Positions 15,540-23,472 of a DNA stretch of 23,472 nucleotides are shown piece after piece. Positions within the stretch are counted from its first letter, which is position 1. Each line of letters begins with the position of its first letter. The translations under genes were made by a program, and so were the position numbers. Source of the stretch: Bacillota bacterium (GTDB lineage Bacteria; Bacillota; JAAYKD01); the NCBI GenBank assembly GCA_963666425.2, contig CAXXTX010000006.1, forward strand, positions 1 through 23,472. The letters are read 5' to 3'. The notes beneath the pieces were generated by a model. The model was not told the origin of the DNA. It did no database searches and saw only the letters and a list, made by a program, of their open reading frames with translations.

Positions 15540-18044
15540 ATGCAAACCGTTCCGAAGGAATCCAGCCCGAAGATTTCTGGCTCGACGCCATCAACCGCGA
15601 AGGAACCCGACATCGCGTCCTCGCCCGTTCCGGACACGCTCGCGGCGCTTCACGTGAACCCCGATACGGGTCTGACGCGCGCCGACGTGGACGTCCGCCG
15701 GAAGGAGCACGGCTACAACGAGGTGGCCGAGCAGAAAGGGCACCCGGTCCTCAAGTTCCTCAGCAAGTTCTGGGGTCTGTCGGCGTGGATGCTCGAACTG
15801 ATCATGCTTTTATCGCTGGTGCTGCGGAAATACTCCGATCTGATCGTGGTGGGCACGCTGTTGCTGGTCAATGCCGTGTTGAGCTTCATGCAGGAGCGCC
15901 GGGCAGCCGGCGTCGTCGAGACACTGCGGCGGCGGCTGCAGGTCAGCACGCGCGTCTTGCGCGATGCGAGCTGGCAGGTCATTCCCGCCCACGAACTGGT
16001 CCCCGGCGACATCGTCCGGGTGCGCCAGGGTGACATCATTCCCGCAGATGTGAAGCTCCTGACCGGAACGATGAGCGTTGACCAATCGGCCCTCACCGGT
16101 GAGTCAAAGGACGCCGACAAGGGGCCCGGCGGCGTGCTCTCCTCTGGGTCGGTCGTCCGACGAGGCGAGGGCAACGGCGTGGTGATGCTGACGGGGGCGA
16201 AGACCTACTTCGGCCGCACCACGCAACTGGTGCAGGCGGCGCGGCCCAAGCTCCACATTGAAGCAGTGGTTGCCAAGGTCGTCCGCTGGCTGTTTGTCAT
16301 CGTCGGCGCGCTGTTGGGCGTGGTGGTGGTGATGTCACTGATTCGTGGGGCACCGCTCCTTGAGATGGTTTCGCTCATGCTCGTTCTATTGATGAGCGCG
16401 GTGCCGGTTGCTCTCCCCGTTATGTTCACGGTAAGTATGGCCGTCGGGTCGAAGGAACTGGCCAAGCGCGGCGTGCTGGTCACGCGACTGAGCGCCTCGG
16501 AAGATGCCGCCACGATGGACGTCCTCTGCGTGGACAAGACGGGGACAATCACGATGAACCAACTGGCCATTACTGGCGTGATCCCACTGGACCACTCGAC
16601 GGAATCCGACGTGCTGTTCGCCGGAGCGATGGCGTCTCAAGAGGCCAACCAGGATCCAATCGACCTGGCGTTTCTGGCCGCGGCGAAAGCGCGACATCTC
16701 TTGGAAGGACTGCCTGCAGTCACGCCAGTCTCCTTCAAGCCGTTCGATGCGCAGAATCGGCGGACGGAGGCCGTGGTCGAACAGAACGGGCAGCGGCTGC
16801 GGGTCATGAAAGGGGCCGTGCGGACGGTCGCTGAAGCGTGCGGGCTCCACCCGCCGGCCATTGAGGCGCTGGAAGCTCGCGTCAGCGAATCGGCCCTGAA
16901 AGGGTATCGGACGCTGGCGGTAGGGCGCGGCCCCGAAACGGGCACCCCTGCATTGCTCGGGTTGGTGACGTTGTACGACCCGCCCCGGCCGGACGCCAGA
17001 CAACTCATCGACACGCTTCGCGACCTGGGCGTGAGCGTGAAGATGCTCACCGGCGACGCCTTGGCGGTCGCCTCCGAAATCGCTCAGGGAGTTGGGCTGG
17101 CCAGTATCCGTCGGGTTGCGGACCTGAAGGCTGCCAGCGCTCAGCCGAGCAACGCGGCGGTCGATCTCCTGGCGGACGCCGATGGTTTCGCCGAGGTGTA
17201 CCCGGAAGACAAGTACATCGTTGTGCAGCACTTGCAGGCGGCGGGTCACGTCACCGGCATGACGGGCGACGGGGTCAATGATGCTCCCGCTCTACGCCAG
17301 GCCGAGGTGGGGATCGCGGTCAGCAACGCCACGGACGTCGCCAAGGGCGCTGCCAGCGTCGTTCTGACCGAACCGGGGCTCACCAACATCGTGGCGTTGG
17401 TCGAGCAGGGGCGGACCATCTACCAGCGGGTCCTGACCTGGATCATCAACAAGATCAGCCGGACGATCCTGAAGGCTGCCTTCGTGGCCATCGCGTTCGT
17501 GGCAACCGGCAAGTTCGTCGTCTCCGCCTTTGCCATGCTGTTGCTGGTTTTCATGACCGACTTCGCCAAGATCGCCCTGGCCACCGACCACGTTCGACCC
17601 TCCAGGAAGCCCGAGACGTGGAACATCGGGGGCTTCATCACGGTGTCCGTGGTGCTGGGCGTCGCGATGGTCCTGGAAACCCTGTTCCTCTTGTGGATCG
17701 CCTGGTCGCGATTCGGCCTGGTGGGCAACGATAATGCTCTCTACACCTTCAGCTTCCTGACGCTGCTCTACTTTGCGGTGTTTTCCATCGTGTCCGCGCG
17801 GGAGCGTCGCGTGTTCTGGGCGACAATGCCAGGCAGGAGCCTCGTGGCCGCCCTGGCGCTCAACGCGTTGGCGGGCACGGCGCTGACGCTCGTGGGCCTG
17901 CCCGACCTGATGCCCTTGCCTTGGTGGCAGACGCTGGCCATTCTTGGCTACGCCCTGGTCGCGTGCCTCGGCGTCAACGACGCCGTTAAGGTCGCGATGA
18001 TCAAGTGGCGCGTCCCGGCAGCAGTGGCGTCGGAGGCGGATTGA
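15540..18044 (+). CDS. Plasma-membrane proton-efflux P-type ATPase (P3A-like)
   Basis: DQSALTGES, VPVALPVMFTVSMAVG, LCVDKTGTIT, KGA, DPPR, MLTGD, MTGDGVNDAPAL, TM6 TDF. GGAGG RBS before ATG 15540. Confidence 0.93.
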   Translation: MQTVPKESSPKISGSTPSTAKEPDIASSPVPDTLAALHVNPDTGLTRADVDVRRKEHGYNEVAEQKGHPVLKFLSKFWGLSAWMLELIMLLSLVLRKYSDLIVVGTLLLVNAVLSFMQERRAAGVVETLRRRLQVSTRVLRDASWQVIPAHELVPGDIVRVRQGDIIPADVKLLTGTMSVDQSALTGESKDADKGPGGVLSSGSVVRRGEGNGVVMLTGAKTYFGRTTQLVQAARPKLHIEAVVAKVVRWLFVIVGALLGVVVVMSLIRGAPLLEMVSLMLVLLMSAVPVALPVMFTVSMAVGSKELAKRGVLVTRLSASEDAATMDVLCVDKTGTITMNQLAITGVIPLDHSTESDVLFAGAMASQEANQDPIDLAFLAAAKARHLLEGLPAVTPVSFKPFDAQNRRTEAVVEQNGQRLRVMKGAVRTVAEACGLHPPAIEALEARVSESALKGYRTLAVGRGPETGTPALLGLVTLYDPPRPDARQLIDTLRDLGVSVKMLTGDALAVASEIAQGVGLASIRRVADLKAASAQPSNAAVDLLADADGFAEVYPEDKYIVVQHLQAAGHVTGMTGDGVNDAPALRQAEVGIAVSNATDVAKGAASVVLTEPGLTNIVALVEQGRTIYQRVLTWIINKISRTILKAAFVAIAFVATGKFVVSAFAMLLLVFMTDFAKIALATDHVRPSRKPETWNIGGFITVSVVLGVAMVLETLFLLWIAWSRFGLVGNDNALYTFSFLTLLYFAVFSIVSARERRVFWATMPGRSLVAALALNALAGTALTLVGLPDLMPLPWWQTLAILGYALVACLGVNDAVKVAMIKWRVPAAVASEAD

Positions 18045-18193
18045 AGACCCCCAAGCCCGCCAACGCACGAGCGTCGCATCAAGGGAACCCATGAGAGTCG
18101 CTGGCGGTATTGGCGCGCGATCCGATGCCATCGGGGTCCAGCAGGAGTCTCACGACCTTCATTGCATACCTCGCCGACATCCCCTCGCAGCGC

Positions 18194-18595
18194 TCACATC
18201 AACAGGTTGAAAACGTAGCCCACGATCAGGATACCCACAGCCACCACGCTTACGAAGATGGCGATCAAGCGGGGCTTGAGCACCCTACATGAATGCGAGC
18301 ACGGTGCCCAGCGCAGCGCCCTTTTCGAGCGGGGCTTTGATGATGGGGATGATCCCGGCGGCGTTGGAGTACATCGGGACGCCGATCAGCACCGACAGGG
18401 GTACGCTCCACCACGCTCCTTTGCCCATGAGCGAGGCCATGGCGTTCGTCGGCACGTAGCCGTGGATGCCCGCGCCAACCGCGATGCCGATCATGATATA
18501 AAGCCACACCTTGCTCACAATATCGCGGACGGATTGGATGGCCAGGCGGATGCGGGCGGGAAAGTCGAGCGACTCTTCCGCGACGCCGTCGACCC
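18194..18595 (-). pseudogene. C-terminal remnant of a DUF318/ArsP-like permease
   Basis: KVWLYIMIGIAVGAGIHGYVP...VLIGVPMYSNAAGIIP...LGTVLAFM followed by a stop. VLKPRLIAIFVSVVAVGILIVGYVFNLLM* continues in another frame, ending at 18194. The N-terminal half is absent. Confidence 0.8.
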
Positions 18596-19170
18596 GCGGG
18601 TTCTTCGTGGATGATCTGCAGGCCGGTCCCGGCGAGAGGCGAGCCCAGCTTCCGCGTGACCTCGGTGCCAAAGACACTTGTCAGAGGATTAAGCAGGCGA
18701 AGGACAAGGGGCGGGCGCGCGTCGTCGGGGACGAACTTGTCGAAGATGACGGCTCGGCCGCCCGGACGTAGCACGCGGGCCACTTCCTTGAGACACTTCG
18801 CCGGATCGGGGATCACGGCGACGATCAGATGCAGGATGGCAGCATCGAACGAACCATCAGGGAACTCCAGTGCTTGTCCATCCATCACCCGCGCATCGAC
18901 GCTCAACCCCAAGCGCTCGGCCCTGGTTCGCAGCCGCGCGATCATCGCAGGTGTTAGGTCGGTGGCCACAATGGTTGCCCCAACTCGCAAGAAGGCGAGA
19001 CCCAATCCAGTGCCGGCACCGACCAGCAGCACACGCTCTTGTGGCCCAAGATCCAGAAGTTCGATGGAACGCCGCCGTTTTCGGTTGAAGAGCGGAGTTA
19101 CCACCCAGTCGTAAATCGGTGCCCATAGGGTGTAGCTGATGCGCTTCCACGTGTTGGTATTTGCGATCAT
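18596..19170 (-). pseudogene. Class I SAM methyltransferase (PmtA/UbiE-like), 3'-truncated and fused out of frame into permease DNA
   Basis: YTLWAPIYD, VLLVGAGTG, MDGQALEFPDGSFDA, RVLRPGGRAVIFDKF. Plausible sequence ends at HEEPAG, and the ORF then reads through permease sequence to 18265. Confidence 0.75.
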
Positions 19171-19224
19171 CACACCCTCAACTGATCAGATCCGGCGCCA
19201 GGCCGTCCACTGCCCACGGGCAGT

Positions 19225-19870
19225 CTATGATGGGATTCGATGGGCAACCAGGAGGAATATGTCGTAGAGCCGGCCGTTCTTCCCAAGGTGGTGAACGACC
19301 TGCCAGCGGCAGTCTGCGTGGCCAAGAGACCGGGTCATCGTGTTGGCGAGAGACTCGGGCGCAAAACCATTGTGGGGGACCTTCCTCGGCTCGTGGAAGG
19401 ACCCGTCTTCCAAGCACAGGTCAGCCATAACCAGCCATCCACATTCGGACAGCATGCCTCCGAGTTGCGAAAGCAGCAGGCTCACATCGTCCACGTGATG
19501 CAAGGCCATGGCGGTGACGATGAGATCGAAGTCCTCCCCGAGCGTTGGATCGCGCGTCAGGTCGAGCAGCAGTGGCGTCATCCGGGCGTCCGGATAGAGG
19601 GTCAGTTTTCCGACGCACCTGCTCGATCATCCCCGGAGAGGCATCGGCGGCGATGACCTCGCGCACAGCCGGAGCCAAAAGGAACCCTAGGGCTCCCGTT
19701 CCACAGCCGTATTCAAGCACGTGCCAATCGCTGCGGAGAGGCACTGTGTCGCCAATGCTCTTGGCGATGGCCTCCGTCATGGCACGCCGGCGCGGATTGT
19801 CATCCCACGTTATCGCGGCCTCATCGAAGTGACTCGGATTCTGCTGCCGTTTGTCTGCCGGAGATGTCAT
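19225..19870 (-). pseudogene. Class I SAM methyltransferase split by a +1 frameshift near 19606-19609
   Basis: N-part FDEAAITWD...VLEYGCGTG...DASPGMIEQVRRK and C-part FDLIVTAMALHHVDD...ADLCLEDGSFH...HNGF join in frame if one A is removed from CGGAAAACTG. Confidence 0.8.
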
Positions 19871-21447
19871 TTATGCCTTTCGGCCGAGAGCGTAGTCCGC
19901 TGCGTGGCGGAAAGCGAGTGTGGATGTCCAGGCACTCCTGCCCCCTCCCAACTCATTTGATACTGACCTTTTCCCACGTTCTCTACGGTGATCCCGGCGT
20001 CGTCGAGACCCGTTCGGACTCGGCCGCCGATGCTCAGGTTCTCGATCAGCAGCTCCTTGATCTTCCGCTGCGGATCGCCCTGGATAATCGACGGCTTCTC
20101 GTGGGCGAAGCTGACGTTGACCAACTCCAGGCGATCCATGCGAGCGCCGCCAAACTCTCCCACGCGAATCAGGCACCCCTTCGGGTCGGCCTCGAAGCTG
20201 CAGTCAACCAGACGGATCCTCCCGTACGTGGGGGCCTTGCTGCGGAAGCCCCGGCCGTGGATGTACAGGCCGTGGTCTCGGTAACCCAGGAAGTCGCAGC
20301 TCTCGAAGGTGATGTCGCCCAGGTTGTGCTCGGTGAAGAACCCCAGGCGGATGCCGTGGGCGACCGGATTCCACGCCACCAGCCCGCGGATGACGTAGTC
20401 CTTCTGGTCGCGCGTGTCACCCTCCCAGTAGTGTCCTGAGGCGAAGCTGTCGTCGGTGCAGTAGGCGAAGCAGTTCTCGATGAGCAGCGTCTGGCAGGCC
20501 GAGAAGTTGTACCCGTCGGTCCAGATCGGGTTGCACTCCGGCGGCGAAAGGGCCTTGCAGTACCGCAGCGTGACGCGGTCCGACATGCTGCCCCAATAGT
20601 TCCAATTGCGGGCGTTGCGGACGGTGATCCCTTCCACCGTGATGTCGCTGGACCGAATGATCTTGACGGGTTGGTCTCCGCGGCCCTCGGTATCCACCTT
20701 GTTGATCACGAACGATTCGTACGCGCCGTTGTCGATTACGCCCCGGCCGGCGACGACGATGTTCTGGCAGTCCACAAGCTCAAGTCCTTTGCTTGGCTGG
20801 CGGGTGTCGCGTGTGACGGGGACGCTGCGGATCAGGCACCCCGGCGCCAGGTAGAGCCGGCAGTTGCTCACCTTGTTGAAGATCAGCCCGTCCACCAGAT
20901 AGCAGCCGGGCCCGACGTACAGCGTCTTATTCGCGCCGTTGACGGCGGCGATGGCCTGGTCGAACCCCTTGGTGACGTTTGTCTGTCCCGTCGCGTCGCT
21001 GACGAACCGGGAGGCGTCGATCACGTTCGCGTCGGTGGGCCCGGGCGCATCGCGCTCCGGTGGGTCGATGAGGATGGCCAGGTGCGGGAGCTTGTTGACG
21101 GCCAGGAGCAGGTAACGCGGCTCACCGGGGTCCACCACAAATTGGAGCGTATTCCCCTCGGTCTTGGCGGCAATCTTTCGGCGCAACGGGCTGATGGTGA
21201 AGGTGGCGACTGGCTCGGAGACGTTGACGATGACCTTGGCCTCGCCATCGCACGAGAGGTGCGCATAGTGCAGACCGTGGAATTCAGCTACGAATACCGT
21301 TGTCCCGTTAACCTCAGCCTTATACGCCTGGCTGGCCCGGTCCCCGGAGCTCTGATACGGGGCCACCGCCATCGACTGCGCTGAACCGCGGCCTGCGCCC
21401 GCCAGCAGCAAACATCCAAGCAGGGCCATCGCCTGTGCTCTGATCAT
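19867..21447 (-). CDS. Secreted glycoside hydrolase with pectin-lyase-like beta-helix (GH28/GH49-like)
   Basis: Signal peptide MIRAQAMALLGCLLLAGAGRGSA, TLYVGPGCY, LYLAPG, GRGVIDNG, GITVRNARNW, WTDG and TDD acidic motifs. GAGGAG RBS before ATG 21447. Confidence 0.78.
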   Translation of the reverse strand: MIRAQAMALLGCLLLAGAGRGSAQSMAVAPYQSSGDRASQAYKAEVNGTTVFVAEFHGLHYAHLSCDGEAKVIVNVSEPVATFTISPLRRKIAAKTEGNTLQFVVDPGEPRYLLLAVNKLPHLAILIDPPERDAPGPTDANVIDASRFVSDATGQTNVTKGFDQAIAAVNGANKTLYVGPGCYLVDGLIFNKVSNCRLYLAPGCLIRSVPVTRDTRQPSKGLELVDCQNIVVAGRGVIDNGAYESFVINKVDTEGRGDQPVKIIRSSDITVEGITVRNARNWNYWGSMSDRVTLRYCKALSPPECNPIWTDGYNFSACQTLLIENCFAYCTDDSFASGHYWEGDTRDQKDYVIRGLVAWNPVAHGIRLGFFTEHNLGDITFESCDFLGYRDHGLYIHGRGFRSKAPTYGRIRLVDCSFEADPKGCLIRVGEFGGARMDRLELVNVSFAHEKPSIIQGDPQRKIKELLIENLSIGGRVRTGLDDAGITVENVGKGQYQMSWEGAGVPGHPHSLSATQRTTLSAERHK

Positions 21448-21457
21448 GTCTCGCTCC

Positions 21458-23302
21458 TCAGTGGCCCGTGGGCGACGCGGGGTCTGTCGTCGCCGGCTGG
21501 CGGGCGAGGGTGGAATGCGTGTCCTGGCCGGTGCGCTGCCGCCACTCGTCCAGGGACATCGGCGTGGTGCCGTCGAAGTCAAGGAAGGGCTTGGCCTCGG
21601 TGGGGTGGCGCCAGGTGTTGTTATCGCTGTGGAGCGTTTGGGCAAAGTCTTTCCAATACTGCGGCCAGAAGGGATGAAGCAGCGGCTGGGCGGGAGAGCG
21701 GCGGCTGTCCTTCAGCCCGATCCAGCCGCTGGTGGCGGCGATGGCCGCCGCCTGCCACGCCGGTCGATCCTCCGAGGTGATAGTGCAGCCGGTGATGGTC
21801 CAGTTTTTCGACTGGCATTTCCAGGTCCCGGCCTCAGGGCGCTCCCAGTCGCCGACTGTCCGCGTGTCGATGAAGACGCCGATCTGTGCGGCGTTGCCCA
21901 TGAGGGTGCAATCCTGGAGCGTGCCGTTCGAGGTGCTGTGGATCATCACGCCCATCTCGCCATTGCGTCGGAGGAGGCAATGGCTCAGGCGCACCGGTCC
22001 CTTGCTGGCTTCGAAGTCCACCCCCGCCCGTTGGTTCTCGGCCAGCAGGCAGTCCTCCAGCGTCACGCGCTGGGAGTCCCAGTCAAACCACAACCCGTGC
22101 GACTCGTTGCTCAGGGCCTTGCAGCGCCGCAGGAGCATGTCGTGCGGATTCGCCAGTTTCATCCCCGCCGACGACCAGTTGTTAAAGCCGGCGCTGTTGC
22201 CCCGCCAGTTGTTGAAGGACCATTCGCAGTCCTCGAACAGGGCGTTCTTCATGTTGCTCCCGCTGGCGCCGTTGCCACCGTTGTGATTCATCACGGTCCG
22301 GCGGAAGGTGAAATCGTGTACGCTCGTCCAGCCGATGCGGATGCCCGTCCAGCCGTTCCACTCAAAGAGACAGTCTTCGACCAGGACATCGTTGCAGTAC
22401 CAGAGTTCGGCCGCCGCGTCGTCCATCCCCGTAGCGGCGCGGTCGAAGACCAGACCCCGCAGCACCAGGTGGTCGATCTTGTCGGCCGACAGAAGTTTGC
22501 CGCGCATTCCCACTTCCACGGTCGCCTGGGCCATATCCGTGCCTGCGGGCGGGATGAGGTAGATTTTCTTCTCGCTCTCAGCGACGTAGAAGCTCCCCTC
22601 CTTGAGTTGGCGCGGGTCGAGAGTCTGCCGGAGGCATTGGCCGTTGACGAACACGATCTCCCGCCGCAGGGCCAAGGGGCCGACCTCGATGTTGTAACCC
22701 TTCCACGGGTTGTCCGCGGGTGCCCAGGGACGCGGCCAGGCGTGAACGAAGACGGGGCCGTTGTAGGCGCTGGGCGCGGTCGCTGGGGCCGTCGTCGAAG
22801 CGGCAGGTGCCGTCGTCGGGGGGACGGTTCCCTTCTCCCAGCCGGTCCACACATCGGAGCCGCGGAGGATGGTCTTGCCCTTCTCCCGAGCCTCCAGAAC
22901 GATGGGGGCGGTGGCGGGACGAGGATTGGCCTTGACTTCCTCCAGTGTCCGCATGTCGCGCAGCTCCACACTCTCACGGTAGATCCCCGGCACGATGATG
23001 ACCTTCGTGCCCAGGCCTTTGGCCTGGTTGTCCACGGCCAGTTTGGCGGCCGCGGCGATGGTCTTGAGCGGCCGCTCAACTGAGCCGTCATTGCGGTCGG
23101 ATGCACCGGGGTGCGTAGGGTCAACGTACAGCGTGCGGGGAAGAGTCTGCAACGTCTCAACGATGACGGCGCCGGTGACGCCCGGCGGGGCGGGGCTGCT
23201 GGCCGGGCCGGCCACGAGGGTCCCGGCCGGGCGCGCGGAAAGCCCGGCCATGAGCATCGTGATCATCAACGCCACTTGAAGCTGCGCAAATGACATGCTC
23301 AT
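21458..23302 (-). CDS. Secreted right-handed parallel beta-helix protein (DUF1565-like N-terminus), putative polysaccharide lyase/hydrolase
   Basis: Signal peptide, LYVDP...ASDRNDGSVERPLKTIAAAA, IIVPGIYRE, repeated beta-helix turns (EDCLFEWN, GLWFDWDS, GVDFEAS). AGGAG RBS before ATG 23302. Confidence 0.85.
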   Translation of the reverse strand: MSMSFAQLQVALMITMLMAGLSARPAGTLVAGPASSPAPPGVTGAVIVETLQTLPRTLYVDPTHPGASDRNDGSVERPLKTIAAAAKLAVDNQAKGLGTKVIIVPGIYRESVELRDMRTLEEVKANPRPATAPIVLEAREKGKTILRGSDVWTGWEKGTVPPTTAPAASTTAPATAPSAYNGPVFVHAWPRPWAPADNPWKGYNIEVGPLALRREIVFVNGQCLRQTLDPRQLKEGSFYVAESEKKIYLIPPAGTDMAQATVEVGMRGKLLSADKIDHLVLRGLVFDRAATGMDDAAAELWYCNDVLVEDCLFEWNGWTGIRIGWTSVHDFTFRRTVMNHNGGNGASGSNMKNALFEDCEWSFNNWRGNSAGFNNWSSAGMKLANPHDMLLRRCKALSNESHGLWFDWDSQRVTLEDCLLAENQRAGVDFEASKGPVRLSHCLLRRNGEMGVMIHSTSNGTLQDCTLMGNAAQIGVFIDTRTVGDWERPEAGTWKCQSKNWTITGCTITSEDRPAWQAAAIAATSGWIGLKDSRRSPAQPLLHPFWPQYWKDFAQTLHSDNNTWRHPTEAKPFLDFDGTTPMSLDEWRQRTGQDTHSTLARQPATTDPASPTGH

Positions 23303-23472
23303 ATCGGCTCCTACGTGACGGCGCCCATCGACCCGGGAACATCGACCGGCGCCCGTGCTTCAACTCACGGGACGCTCCCCGGCCATCGGACAAACCATTC
23401 GTTCACCATTGGCCGGCTGGAGGCGGCCGTCATACTCGACACGTTTGACATTGCTCTCGAAGGACCGGAGAG

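Noticed and set aside
21446-23083. 545-aa plus-strand ORF and other long antisense ORFs (e.g. 16386-17249, 17292-18131, 12101-12820)
   Set aside because: Shadows of well-supported genes on the opposite strand, expected in high-GC DNA.
1-23472. CRISPR arrays, tRNA/rRNA genes, retron/DGR-like or long tandem repeats
   Set aside because: None seen on reading. No reverse transcriptase, cas gene or regularly spaced repeat is evident, though a computational scan was not possible.

Overview
GC-rich bacterial window, probably Planctomycetota/Phycisphaerae-like (inferred from the IPTPAA sorting-signal variant, an SSAALG-type STAS protein and Pro/Ala/Thr linkers). It has four blocks. (1) 1-6500 is a surface-polysaccharide locus on the minus strand: UpxY/NusG-paralog antiterminator, methyltransferase, PEP-CTERM protein, GT4 glycosyltransferase and a Wzm-like ABC permease, with a divergent second PEP-CTERM-type protein. 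(2) 6591-11555 is a four-gene cassette: PaaK-like adenylating ligase, STAS anti-anti-sigma factor, outer-membrane beta-barrel and a multi-TM sensor fused to a PP2C/SpoIIE phosphatase. This is the best candidate for an undescribed small-molecule signalling/partner-switching module. (3) 11563-13251 is an ISKra4-like IS whose transposase carries an in-frame amber stop and an RBS-sequestering hairpin. (4) 13313-23302 holds a DUF89 phosphatase, an unannotated 56-aa Cys/His/Trp small protein, an internally shortened Gfo/Idh/MocA gene, a P3A H+-ATPase, decayed permease/methyltransferase genes and two secreted beta-helix carbohydrate-active proteins. All family calls come from motif recognition by eye; no searches were run.
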